Shown: positions 1 to 8,787 of the stretch, piece after piece
How the letters are laid out: each line of letters opens with the position of its first letter
How positions within the stretch are numbered: the stretch's first letter is position 1
IMG/VR virus record: IMGVR_UViG_3300019889_000002
Location: 1 to 54,387 of that record
DNA length: 54,387 nucleotides
Source of the DNA: a virus
Lineage: Duplodnaviria > Caudoviricetes
Direction: 5' to 3' (one strand)
The notes under the pieces: generated by a model
Told to the model about the DNA's origin: nothing
Database searches by the model: none
Seen by the model: only the letters and a program-made list of their open reading frames with translations
Made by a program: the position numbers and the translations under genes

Positions 1-125
1 CCACCGGAAACTCACTTCCGGTGGCGGGGGGGTCCACCGGAAATCAGCTTCCGGTGGCCACCGGAAATCAGCTTCCGGTAAAGAACACCAATACAAGAAC
101 ACCAGACAAAGAACTAAGAACTAAA
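1..125. other. Putative replication origin: palindromic iterons plus A-rich tract
   Basis: CCACCGGAAA-N5-TTCCGGT(GG) at 54228, 1, 34, 58, then an A-rich stretch at 80-125, all inside the initiator gene. Confidence 0.75.
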
Positions 126-127
126 CC
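1..127. repeat. Exact terminal direct repeat (=54261..54387); contig circularisation overlap
   Basis: First 127 nt are identical to the last 127 nt and the reading frame is continuous across the junction. Confidence 0.95.
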
Positions 128-518
128 CTTTTGGTCAAAATCTGCGATTTCGACCGATGCATCTCCACCCCTTTTCGATTCACCAGACGAACCAGCCCCA
201 CCCGATCCGCGCAAGGACGCTGACCGTGAGTTCGGAGAGTTCTGGCAGAAGTACCCGCGCAAGGTAGCCCGAGGTACAGCTTGCAAGGCGTGGAAGGTGG
301 CTCGGAAGAAGACCAGCTTCGAGGCGATCATGGCCGGGCTTGACGCGTACGTGAACTACTTCCCCCGCAAAACCGCTGACTCGTCAATGACAGCTCACCC
401 CTCCACCTGGTTGAACGGTGAACGCTGGAACGACGACCTCACCGACAACCGCCCCACCACACCGACCCGCAACTACCAGGGTCCCTACCGAGAGACAGAG
501 AAAGCATGGTCATGGTGA
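1..518 (+). CDS. Replication initiator (lambda O-like), C-terminal part; gene starts at 53783
   Basis: Frame open from 53783 through the junction; C-terminal FGEFWQKYPRK...HPSTWLNGERW motif of phage initiators; followed by a DnaC-like gene. Confidence 0.85.
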   Translation, partial: TGNSLPVAGGSTGNQLPVATGNQLPVKNTNTRTPDKELRTKPFWSKSAISTDASPPLFDSPDEPAPPDPRKDADREFGEFWQKYPRKVARGTACKAWKVARKKTSFEAIMAGLDAYVNYFPRKTADSSMTAHPSTWLNGERWNDDLTDNRPTTPTRNYQGPYRETEKAWSW

Positions 519-1282
519 ACGATATGGACAACCGGTGGCTCGACGCCGAACACGCCCGACTCACCCGCGAAGCCCACGCCCTGTGTAATGAACGGTTCCC
601 CAGACGGTTCCGGGCCGCCACGGTTACGCACCCGGACGTGGCCGCGTGGGTCACCGAATTTCACGACCTGGGTGATGTCGCCGCCGGCCTGCTCATCGGT
701 GGTTCGGTTGGTGCCGGAAAAACATGGCAGGCATACGCGGCGGTCCGCGCCGCGGTTACTCGGCCGGTGATGTCTCGGGCCGGGCACCCGCATTTGCATG
801 CGTGGCGGACCATGACGTTCGCCGGATATTGCGCGTTCATGCGGCCCCGCCCCGGCACCGACACTGAGGGCAACTATCAACGCCTAGTGCGGCTCCCCCT
901 GCTGATGGTCGATGACCTGGGTATCGCCAAGGGATCGGATTTCACTGAGGAGATCACGTACCGGTTGGTCAATGACCGGTCGGAGTCGTGCCTACCGACG
1001 GTGTTCACGACCAACTATTCCGGTCAGGACATTCAAGACAAGTTGGGTGACCGGATCTATTCACGTTTGACGCAAATGTGTCGGACGGTCGCTGTCAACG
1101 AAACCGACCAGCGTCGACAGAATGGTGTACAAACGGTCCTGGAATCGACGCACAGCCCCGAACGCCCCGGTTCGGGTACTCGCGGATGGGACGGACCACC
1201 CGCGCCCGTTACGGACGCTCACAGGCGGGCAGCTCTTGAGGCGATGCGTCGGGAGATCAGGGATCGTGGCTATGGAACGTGA
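506..1282 (+). CDS. DnaC/IstB-like AAA+ helicase loader
   Basis: Walker A GSVGAGKT, Walker B LLMVDDLG, PTVFTTN, GDRIYSRL. Confidence 0.9.
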   Translation: MVMVNDMDNRWLDAEHARLTREAHALCNERFPRRFRAATVTHPDVAAWVTEFHDLGDVAAGLLIGGSVGAGKTWQAYAAVRAAVTRPVMSRAGHPHLHAWRTMTFAGYCAFMRPRPGTDTEGNYQRLVRLPLLMVDDLGIAKGSDFTEEITYRLVNDRSESCLPTVFTTNYSGQDIQDKLGDRIYSRLTQMCRTVAVNETDQRRQNGVQTVLESTHSPERPGSGTRGWDGPPAPVTDAHRRAALEAMRREIRDRGYGT

Positions 1283-1418
1283 ACCGTGGTGCGGGGAATG
1301 CTGCGACCCGGCCGCCCGCATGACCCCATCGACCGAGGATGGGTGGGTGCCGTGCCCGGACTGCAACCCGTGGACCACACCAGAACTAGCCGAACGTCTG
1401 AACGACGGCACAGGATGA
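1272..1418 (+). CDS. Small zinc-finger-like protein
   Basis: MEREPWCGECC...CPDCNP; overlaps the loader stop. Confidence 0.55.
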   Translation: MEREPWCGECCDPAARMTPSTEDGWVPCPDCNPWTTPELAERLNDGTG

Positions 1419-1679
1419 CGTTCTGGGGGGCCGCTCAATGCCACGGCCCCCTCCTTGCCGCTACAGGCTGAGCCAAACGCGGGCACACAGGTCAACGAAC
1501 ACACCAATGTAAATCACGGGAACCTCCTTCCGAGGGGCGAAATGTGCAGACAACACGCAACATATCCCATATGTCCACTCGTGTTCGGTCGCGTAGACTT
1601 CCCGCCAGCTCAACAGCCGCCCGCCGCCGACCACCCTCGCCGGCGGGCACTAAACTGTGAGGGCATTAGATTCCTTTCG

Positions 1680-1713
1680 GCCCGTTCCTGCTACATACAG
1701 GGGCGGGCATTTT
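1680..1713 (+). terminator. Intrinsic terminator-like hairpin
   Basis: GCCCGTTCCTG-ctacata-CAGGGGCGGGC followed by ATTTT. Confidence 0.5.
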
Positions 1714-1740
1714 CATGTCCGGAACCGGTACGCTTAACGC

Positions 1741-1976
1741 GTCCCTGATGGGGACCTTTGTGGGGATGAAGGGTGCCGCCCGGCCTGTCCCAATCCAGAC
1801 CAGGCGGCACCGAAAAGCCCACCCGCAACTGGCCGAACAGCCGATGCGGCCACCCCGGCCGGCCCGTAACGTTGACCACGCACCGACGCCCCCGCATCGG
1901 TCGCACGGTCGCCGCAGATCCTCTCCGATACCCGCGGCGGCGCCGCCCGGTCACCTTCTGACCCCGACCGGGCGGC
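1741..1976 (+). ncRNA. Candidate structured RNA or long leader
   Basis: Five consecutive stem-loops with no convincing ORF. Confidence 0.3.
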
Positions 1977-2003
1977 ACACCCACCCACCACGGAAGGAAA
2001 CCC

Positions 2004-2114
2004 ATGGCCACCGACGCCATACTCATCACCACCATCCTGGCCATGGCCGCCACCATCGCCGGATGCATCGCCCTCATCGTCTACCAACCCGACCCTCCCC
2101 GGACACCCCGATGA
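2004..2114 (+). CDS. Small membrane peptide (36 aa)
   Basis: AAGGA RBS; MATDAILITTILAMAATIAGCIALIVYQ hydrophobic helix. Confidence 0.6.
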   Translation: MATDAILITTILAMAATIAGCIALIVYQPDPPRTPR

Positions 2115-2809
2115 CCGAACTAACGATCCTCATGGCATTACTAGCCGGCCTGTTCATCGCCTCGACGATTTCCGTGGTCGCATCGATCCTGCTACTGGCC
2201 ACCGCGTTGCACAAGTGGCGGCACCGGTCCGCCCGACACGACCGCATCCGCCTCGACCACGACGAACGTATGGCCTTCGCGCAGATCGCCGCCCACTACG
2301 CGTCACCGGCCGGTTGGGTCGACGGCGCCGACCCCGATAAAGCTTTACCCACCGTGGGCCTGTCGTATCGGAATCGCTCGGGTGGGCGGTTAGGCAGGCA
2401 CACGAACGGCGGGCGTCCCCCCAATGGGCAGGTAGGGGACGCCCGCCCTCTCTACGTCAAGGAGCAGCACTGTGTATCCGATCCAAGTGACCACCCCCGC
2501 GACCCCCCGACCGGATTGGTTGGCGGCGCGGCGGGCCGGTGTCGGTGCGTCCGATATCGGGATCGTGTTGGGCCTGTCCACCTACGGTTCCCCGTTCAGT
2601 CTGTATTGGGACAAGGTCGCGCCTGGCGACGATCAACAGTCCGACCTGGCGGCGACCGGCCACCACCTGGAAGCGACGGTCGCGGACTGGTGGGCTGGCG
2701 ACAACCCGGACTACAAGCTCGCCGTCACGGGCATGTGGCGCAGCTCGGAACGGCCGTGGCAGCTCGCGACCCCCGACCGTCTCATCTACCCCACCTGCGG
2801 GGCCTGTGA
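2111..2809 (+). CDS. Membrane protein; 3' extent uncertain
   Basis: ATGA overlap start and N-terminal TM helix; frame runs far into the exonuclease gene; three TTA codons. Confidence 0.4.
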   Translation: MTELTILMALLAGLFIASTISVVASILLLATALHKWRHRSARHDRIRLDHDERMAFAQIAAHYASPAGWVDGADPDKALPTVGLSYRNRSGGRLGRHTNGGRPPNGQVGDARPLYVKEQHCVSDPSDHPRDPPTGLVGGAAGRCRCVRYRDRVGPVHLRFPVQSVLGQGRAWRRSTVRPGGDRPPPGSDGRGLVGWRQPGLQARRHGHVAQLGTAVAARDPRPSHLPHLRGL

Positions 2810-3536
2810 AGGCGCTGGGCACGCGATCGTGAAACTGTCCAGGCTCGGCATGCACCTGCCCACCCTGTTCCCCTGCGTCGCGTGCAGCGGCCTGGGTTAT
2901 GACCGGGACTCCCAGCCGGCCGCGGTCCTGGAATGCAAGTGGGCCGCGTGGTCGTGGGACGGGTGGGGTGAACCCGGCACCGGTGAGATACCCATGCATT
3001 ACCGGTGCCAGGTGCAGTGGCAGATGGACGTCATGGGCGTGCCGGTCGCGTACGTGGCGGCGCTCGGTCCGGGTGGTTTCCGTGCCTACGAAGTCCGGGC
3101 CGACACAGCCGACCAGACGTTCCTGCGTGAACACGGCCGCCGCTTCTGGCAGCAAGTCGAAACCGGCGACGCACCACCGATCGACGACGGACACCCCGCG
3201 ACCACCGACACGATCAAACGCCTCCACCCCGACCTGGTTGATGAGACCGTGGAGATCGATGTCGAGGTCGCCGAAGCTTGGCGCCGAGCAAAGGCGTTGA
3301 CCAAACGGTCAGAAGCTGTCGCTAAACGGCTCGAAAACACGATACGGGCGACGATGGGCAACGCCCGCCGATCAGAGTGTAATGGACACCTAGTCGCATC
3401 CCGATCCATCACGGTAGCGACCAGCGAACTATCTGAACTCGATTCCCTCGACACCGACCCGATACTGACCGACAGATTCACACCCGGAAGGACCACCAAC
3501 TACCGTGAACAACACCATCGCCTCCGCCGTCGCTAA
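2472..3536 (+). CDS. YqaJ/lambda-exonuclease-like recombination exonuclease
   Basis: WLAARRAGVGASD, SPFSLYWDK, ATPD...LECK, YRCQVQWQM; directly upstream of RecT. Confidence 0.92.
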   Translation: MYPIQVTTPATPRPDWLAARRAGVGASDIGIVLGLSTYGSPFSLYWDKVAPGDDQQSDLAATGHHLEATVADWWAGDNPDYKLAVTGMWRSSERPWQLATPDRLIYPTCGACEGAGHAIVKLSRLGMHLPTLFPCVACSGLGYDRDSQPAAVLECKWAAWSWDGWGEPGTGEIPMHYRCQVQWQMDVMGVPVAYVAALGPGGFRAYEVRADTADQTFLREHGRRFWQQVETGDAPPIDDGHPATTDTIKRLHPDLVDETVEIDVEVAEAWRRAKALTKRSEAVAKRLENTIRATMGNARRSECNGHLVASRSITVATSELSELDSLDTDPILTDRFTPGRTTNYREQHHRLRRR

Positions 3537-4407
3537 ACGCGACGCCGAACCCAACACCCCCGCCAAACTGATCAAGCAATACTCCAGCGACCTCGCGACG
3601 GTCCTGCCGTCCCACATTAACGGCGCCACGTGGGTGCGCGTAGCCCAAGGCGCATTGAAAAAAGGCAACCGCAACAAGGACGGCGCCACCGACCTGGAAG
3701 TCGCCGCGATGAACAACCCCGCCTCGTTCATGGCCGCCCTCCTGGACGCCGCACGGCAGGGCCTCGAACCCGGTACCGACCAGTACTACCTCACCCCGCG
3801 AAAGGTGAAGGGCCGGATGGAGATCCTGGGTATCACCGGGTACCAGGGGTATATCGAGCTCATGTTCCGGTCTGGTGCCGTGGCGAGCATTGTCGGGGAT
3901 GTCGTCAAAACGGGCGACCAGTTTTCGTACCAGCGTGGCCGCGACGACGTTCCCAACCATGTGGTCGACTGGTTCGGTGCCGACCGTGGCCAACTCATCG
4001 GAACGTATGCGTATGCGCGCATGAAAGGCGGTGCCGTGTCGCAGGTGATCGTCCTGGGTGCCCGCGATATCGACCGCATCAAATCGAAATCAGCCAGCGC
4101 CGGTTCGGACTATTCGCCGTGGGCGACGAACCCGGAGGCCATGTGGTTGAAGTCCGCGTTCCGGCAGTTGCGCAAATTCGTGCCGACGACACCGGAGTGG
4201 ATGACGGAGCTGCTACGGTCGCGCGCCGAGTCGCAGACCGTCGCGGCGAAAATCGGCGACGACGTGGCCGAGGCCCTGGCCGGCAACGAGAGCGACGACA
4301 TCATCGACGGCGAATACGTCGACGAAACCGAGACCGTTTCTGCTGCCTCGACGGAGTGGCCGGAGGTTGTGAAACCTGGTACCGCTGCCAGGGTGGCTGA
4401 CCGGTGA
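3505..4407 (+). CDS. recT: RecT-family ssDNA annealing protein
   Basis: AARQGLEP, YYLTP, GYQGYIELMFRSG, PW...EAMWLKS motifs. Confidence 0.92.
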   Translation: MNNTIASAVAKRDAEPNTPAKLIKQYSSDLATVLPSHINGATWVRVAQGALKKGNRNKDGATDLEVAAMNNPASFMAALLDAARQGLEPGTDQYYLTPRKVKGRMEILGITGYQGYIELMFRSGAVASIVGDVVKTGDQFSYQRGRDDVPNHVVDWFGADRGQLIGTYAYARMKGGAVSQVIVLGARDIDRIKSKSASAGSDYSPWATNPEAMWLKSAFRQLRKFVPTTPEWMTELLRSRAESQTVAAKIGDDVAEALAGNESDDIIDGEYVDETETVSAASTEWPEVVKPGTAARVADR

Positions 4408-4778
4408 AGCCGCTGCCGGCGGTCGGAGCGATGTGGGCCGACGCCACCCTAGGTCTCCCCGTCGACAACGTCGACATATGGCGGGAATCCTGGTGCGCGA
4501 CATGCCGCCACGGCGACCAGTCATGTCCCCTGTCGGGTGTCCTTGACACCGGGTACACGCCCGCCCAGATCGTCTCCACGATCGAGCACGGTACGACCTG
4601 CACCCACCACTCACCTAAAGGACACCCCGATGAACCCGTTTCTCCCCCCGCCTTTCCACGCACCGGAACCGGCCGACCCTCCCCGGCACCCCGTGCCCGA
4701 CCGGTCCCATTTCACCAGCCTGTCACCAGCCCTAACCAAGGCAGTACGGAAGTGGTGCAGGGTGACGGGAGCCCTTGA
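4404..4778 (+). CDS. Hypothetical Cys/His protein
   Basis: GTGA overlap with recT; WCATCRH...CP. Confidence 0.45.
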   Translation: MKPLPAVGAMWADATLGLPVDNVDIWRESWCATCRHGDQSCPLSGVLDTGYTPAQIVSTIEHGTTCTHHSPKGHPDEPVSPPAFPRTGTGRPSPAPRARPVPFHQPVTSPNQGSTEVVQGDGSP

Positions 4779-4929
4779 CGACACGGCGGCGGTCACCGGC
4801 CGGTCAGCGTGGGACGCCATGGAGTGGCAGAAATTCCTGTGGTTCGAATGGGCCGCCCAACACCGCTCAGGCGGCCCCGACCTTGAGTTGCTCGACTGGG
4901 TGTTGATCGAACCGGATGACACGTCATGA
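4630..4929 (+). CDS. Hypothetical protein
   Basis: AAAGGA RBS before ATG 4630. Confidence 0.55.
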   Translation: MNPFLPPPFHAPEPADPPRHPVPDRSHFTSLSPALTKAVRKWCRVTGALDDTAAVTGRSAWDAMEWQKFLWFEWAAQHRSGGPDLELLDWVLIEPDDTS

Positions 4930-5093
4930 AGGCGTGCATCTACAGGCCAGACCGGCGCCTAGGCCCCGACTACCGGGGCGGGTACCCGTGCATGAGATGC
5001 GGGCTACCCGAGAGCAACGCCAGACATTCACAGCCGATACCCGACCACCCAGCAGACCGAGCAGCAGGACAAGACAAGGACGACGATGAATGA
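4926..5093 (+). CDS. Small hypothetical protein (CxxC...H)
   Basis: ATGA overlap; MKACIYRP...PCMRCGLPESNARH. Confidence 0.5.
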   Translation: MKACIYRPDRRLGPDYRGGYPCMRCGLPESNARHSQPIPDHPADRAAGQDKDDDE

Positions 5094-5670
5094 TCCCCGC
5101 CCCTACTACCGGGTAGGCCGACACAACCCGCAAAACGTTTACCGCCACGACGGCCCCGACGGCCCCGACGGCCAGCATGTGGGCGTGTTCTTCACCCCCG
5201 ACAAGAACGGACAGGCCGGCGACGGCGCCCATTACGCGCGCCTCGCCGTCCACGGACTCAACGCCGCGATCGTTGCCGGCGCCGAACACGGCGCCCAGGC
5301 GGACGCCTCAGAGGAGACGTGGAGCAAGTTCGTCAACCACCCCGACAGCGAATATGCCGTCCCCGTGGAGCAGTCAGGTGGCGACACGTACACGATCGGT
5401 GACCCCGGCACCCCACCCGACGAATACGACCCCCCGGTGACCCCCCGGTACGTGTGGCTGGTCGCCTCCGCGTTGCAACCAGGGTCGAGGATGCACGCCG
5501 TCCCCGCAGTCCGGATCAGGGAAGGGGAACCCACCTACCGGGAAATCATGGTTGTCCCGGCGTGCCGCACCAACGAATTTCTATTGCTGGTCCTGGTCGA
5601 TGACCCTGACACCGCCGAGTTCACCAAATGCGTCCGCTGCACCCACATCATCGAACAGGAAACCACGTGA
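5086..5670 (+). CDS. Hypothetical protein
   Basis: AAGGA RBS; C-terminal HAV...PAC...CVRC. Confidence 0.7.
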   Translation: MNDPRPYYRVGRHNPQNVYRHDGPDGPDGQHVGVFFTPDKNGQAGDGAHYARLAVHGLNAAIVAGAEHGAQADASEETWSKFVNHPDSEYAVPVEQSGGDTYTIGDPGTPPDEYDPPVTPRYVWLVASALQPGSRMHAVPAVRIREGEPTYREIMVVPACRTNEFLLLVLVDDPDTAEFTKCVRCTHIIEQETT

Positions 5671-6173
5671 ACATTGAGATCAGCATTAGCTACCGGGAAG
5701 ACGGCACCTGCGACTACGTGACCGTCGCAGGTCTAGACGGGATGGACGTTGGTGAGATCGCCGGGCTTGTCACCGTCCTGGCCGATCGTGAGCCCACCGA
5801 ACTCGGCCTGTCGCCGAAGCTGTGGCCTGTCGATCCGGCCCCGTGTGGACGTAAATGGGTGCAACCCACCATCGACGAACCCGGATTCTGGATCGCCCAA
5901 TGCACCCTGCCAGCCGAGCACGCTGGCAACCACCGGTGCCTCGACGCCAACCTGGACGCCAGCACCGACGACATCCCCGCGGCCGTGGGGATCTGCAACC
6001 AGACGTACCCGATCTGGCGGAAAGGCCACGGCTGGGTAGGCGACTACGTCTGCCACCTGCGTGCCGGCCACATGGCCGACCACCACGACGTCACCGCCGA
6101 ACACCAATGGCCCGTAGATGACCTGCCGTGCACCAGAACCGAGACCGGTGAGGACTGCACATGCTCATCGTGA
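5667..6173 (+). CDS. Hypothetical protein with two C-C-H-x3-H modules
   Basis: GTGA overlap; CTLPAEHAGNH and CHLRAGHMADH. Confidence 0.7.
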   Translation: MNIEISISYREDGTCDYVTVAGLDGMDVGEIAGLVTVLADREPTELGLSPKLWPVDPAPCGRKWVQPTIDEPGFWIAQCTLPAEHAGNHRCLDANLDASTDDIPAAVGICNQTYPIWRKGHGWVGDYVCHLRAGHMADHHDVTAEHQWPVDDLPCTRTETGEDCTCSS

Positions 6174-6640
6174 TCATCGACCACGGCGACGGTAAACACT
6201 CCTACCGTGGCCCGTTCGACAGCCAGGTAGCGGCGGAACAGTTCGCGGCGTGGGCGACATCGAACATCGACCCCGCCCGGACCGCCACGTTGGGTGACCC
6301 GCTACTCGACATGCTGTGCGCACCCGTCGAGGAACACACACTGTTCGAGCAATGCCCGTCGTGGACCAGTTGCGACAACGACGGCGATGTCCGCTGCCAA
6401 GGCACTATCGGGCATACCGGCAACCACGAACACCGCGACCCCGAAGGCGGCGTCACCCTCTGGCAAGACACGGCGCGCCCCCGTTGCCCGATATCGAACA
6501 TCTGCGAAGACCGGACCGTCCACTGCGACATGGTGCCCGGCCACAAGGGGGAGCACCGCTCCTTCATGTACGACCGGTTGTGGAACGACAACAGCGAATG
6601 CACACACAGCCACCCCGTTATTGGAGGTGAGCAACGGTGA
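6161..6640 (+). CDS. Hypothetical protein with two C-C-H-x-G-x-H modules
   Basis: GAGG RBS; CQGTIGHTGNH and CDMVPGHKGEH. Confidence 0.7.
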   Translation: MLIVIIDHGDGKHSYRGPFDSQVAAEQFAAWATSNIDPARTATLGDPLLDMLCAPVEEHTLFEQCPSWTSCDNDGDVRCQGTIGHTGNHEHRDPEGGVTLWQDTARPRCPISNICEDRTVHCDMVPGHKGEHRSFMYDRLWNDNSECTHSHPVIGGEQR

Positions 6641-6810
6641 GTGACCCCGTGAAGGTGGCGGTACTCGTGCGCGTCAACGGCACCGAACACGAACTAGGGC
6701 ACATCGTCCTCGAAGGCGAACAAGCGTGGCCGCACCAACTCGCCGACACACTCCGCAGTATCGCCACCGAATTCGAGACCATGGAAACCAGCAACAAGGA
6801 GACAACATGA
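6637..6810 (+). CDS. Small hypothetical protein
   Basis: GGAGG RBS; 4-nt overlaps at both ends. Confidence 0.6.
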   Translation: MSDPVKVAVLVRVNGTEHELGHIVLEGEQAWPHQLADTLRSIATEFETMETSNKETT

Positions 6811-7112
6811 ACCAGCCGACCGAAGCCGTTGACCAGCCAGTAATAGACGATTCGCTGATCACCGGCATCAACGACTCTGATAACCAGTACCTACTGGTGA
6901 TACCAGGACACATTGTTACCGGCAGGTACCTCTACATGAGAGCCAAGGACGCACCGCCATGGCACCTGATGTCCCTGTCAGACACGCTCGAAACCGTGGC
7001 ACCCCCCGAGGCGACCGGCGACACCCCCACGACGGCGCTACTCGCGTTGATCCTGCGGCGTCTCGGCTACGAAGCGCCCGGCGGTATCCGCAAAATCGAG
7101 GTGACGGAATGA
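6807..7112 (+). CDS. Hypothetical protein
   Basis: AAGGAG RBS; ATGA overlap. Confidence 0.65.
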   Translation: MNQPTEAVDQPVIDDSLITGINDSDNQYLLVIPGHIVTGRYLYMRAKDAPPWHLMSLSDTLETVAPPEATGDTPTTALLALILRRLGYEAPGGIRKIEVTE

Positions 7113-7936
7113 ACCAGCTACCCACCCCGGTGGTCGGCGACATCGTTCACTACGTCGCCCGGATCGAAACCGGTGGCGTCTGGGCGAACGTATGCAGGCC
7201 CGCGATGGTCACCATCCTCGTCGAGGAAGGCCGTTACACCGACCGCGACGGTGTGACCTTGACCGTGTACGCGTGGCCCGACACCTACCGGCACGCCGCA
7301 GTCCAGTACGCCCGGCCCGGTAGGCCCGAAACGGTGAACACGTGGCACCCCCGGACCGACTGCCAACCGGAGCGGCCCAACCCGTTCGACGAGACGCAGC
7401 TACTCAAAGCCCAACTGGCCACCACCCGCGCTGAACGCTACGGGTTGTGGAAACAACGCACCGAGGTAATCGCAGCAGTTCGCAGGCTCCACTACCCGAA
7501 GTCAACCAGCAATGACCCGCACTACCGGTGTATCACCTGCATCACAGGGTTCAACGACACGGCCGGACCCATCTACGCGAAGTGGCCGTGCGAAACGATC
7601 ACCGCCGTCGGTAAAACAACGGAACAATGGAACGGACCGTTCACGGATATGGGCGATATCTGGCGTGCAGTGGAAGATCTCCCCCCAGCTGCGGAAGGCA
7701 GCACCGAGCCGTGCGAGGACAGGACCCACGACTGCCCACCGTACGAAGACATGCACCTTGGGGTGGTTGATTACCAGGGCGTGGTCACGGTGACGCAGGA
7801 GCAATACGACCGGTTGAAATCCAGCCAGGCAACCCAAGGGCTGGTCTCCTACGGACTGCATGACGAGCGCGGCCCGTACGACGAGCAACGCGCCGCCGGC
7901 CGGTTCACTGACGATGAACCTAAGGAGTGCGGCTGA
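7109..7936 (+). CDS. Mosaic hypothetical protein
   Basis: PTPVVGDIVHY N-domain; central VRRLH...CITC...WPCET module. Confidence 0.7.
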   Translation: MNQLPTPVVGDIVHYVARIETGGVWANVCRPAMVTILVEEGRYTDRDGVTLTVYAWPDTYRHAAVQYARPGRPETVNTWHPRTDCQPERPNPFDETQLLKAQLATTRAERYGLWKQRTEVIAAVRRLHYPKSTSNDPHYRCITCITGFNDTAGPIYAKWPCETITAVGKTTEQWNGPFTDMGDIWRAVEDLPPAAEGSTEPCEDRTHDCPPYEDMHLGVVDYQGVVTVTQEQYDRLKSSQATQGLVSYGLHDERGPYDEQRAAGRFTDDEPKECG

Positions 7937-8289
7937 TGGTCGACCCTGAGTACATCGCGACTGAGCTCCACCGGAAACTCAACCTCGACGGGCCGACGTT
8001 CGCCGAAGCGGTAACCGGGGCCTGGTACGCACCACCACCGCCCCCAGACGCTACCGGCCTGTGCACCGAAGTTGAAGCGGAACCATCCACCGCCCGGCCG
8101 TGCTACGAAATCCCGTGCCCGGCTACCGACCAGGAAGACGCACCGACCCCAGTCGACGGCAACGGTTGGTGCTGGCCATCCCATGAACCACTAGAGGAGT
8201 ACGGCAGGGCAGCCGAGTCCCACCATCCGATGTCTATCCGCCGGGGGAGCTTCCGGTTCCCTGCCAACTCCGACGAGGAGGCACCGTGA
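7936..8289 (+). CDS. Hypothetical protein
   Basis: AAGGAG RBS; TGATG overlap. Confidence 0.6.
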   Translation: MVDPEYIATELHRKLNLDGPTFAEAVTGAWYAPPPPPDATGLCTEVEAEPSTARPCYEIPCPATDQEDAPTPVDGNGWCWPSHEPLEEYGRAAESHHPMSIRRGSFRFPANSDEEAP

Positions 8290-8480
8290 CTCTGCATTCC
8301 GTCCGGGCGTGGGTCTTGTACGTCCTGCAACTCATTAACGCGGTGATGTTCGGTGCCGCCCTAGCCAACAACTGGTTGGTGCAGGCTTCGCTTCACGTGT
8401 TGGTAGTCCTGTTGGCCGCCGGCGTCCTGGCCTCCGACTGGTCCGCGCGGGCACGGAACAACCCGGACGGCCAACCGTAA
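8286..8480 (+). CDS. Small two-TM membrane protein
   Basis: GGAGG RBS; hydrophobic sequence. Confidence 0.65.
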   Translation: MTLHSVRAWVLYVLQLINAVMFGAALANNWLVQASLHVLVVLLAAGVLASDWSARARNNPDGQP

Positions 8481-8484
8481 CCGG

Positions 8485-8524
8485 CCGAACGGTGGATGCC
8501 CGAACCCCGGCACCCGCATACCAT
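8485..8524 (+). promoter_or_regulatory. Promoter of the repeated CCGAACGG class
   Basis: CCGAACGG-TGGATG-N20-TACCAT, same layout as the leftward promoters. Confidence 0.5.
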
Positions 8525-8564
8525 TAGGTACGAAGCAACCACCCAACCCGTAGGAGGTTCACCC

Positions 8565-8729
8565 GTGGGCGGTAAAGACAAGCAAGACAAGAACGAACGC
8601 AAGAAAGACCGCGCCAAGCACCGAAAAGAACTCGACCGGACCATCGACCAAGCCGGTTCCGTCCAACGCGCCGGACTGATCGGCAAAGTCTGGGAATCAC
8701 TCATGCAAGACCAGAAAAACAAGAAGTAG
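8565..8729 (+). CDS. Small basic protein
   Basis: AGGAGG RBS before GTG. Confidence 0.65.
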   Translation: MGGKDKQDKNERKKDRAKHRKELDRTIDQAGSVQRAGLIGKVWESLMQDQKNKK

Positions 8730-8734
8730 AAGCC

Positions 8735-8763
8735 GCCGGGGCGCTGCACGGTAGCGCCCCGGC
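8735..8763 (+). terminator. Stem-loop
   Basis: GCCGGGGCGCT-N7-AGCGCCCCGGC just after a stop codon. Confidence 0.45.
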
Positions 8764-8787
8764 CCCCCACCCAGTGAAGGACCCGTC

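Noticed and set aside
1741-1822. Hammerhead ribozyme (CTGATG...GAAA)
   Set aside because: The CUGANGA core is not intact and the stems do not form the three-way junction
1715-2110. N-terminal part of the 364-aa ORF 1715-2809
   Set aside because: Pro/Arg/His-rich off-frame character; overlaps the structured region and the better-supported 2004-2114 gene
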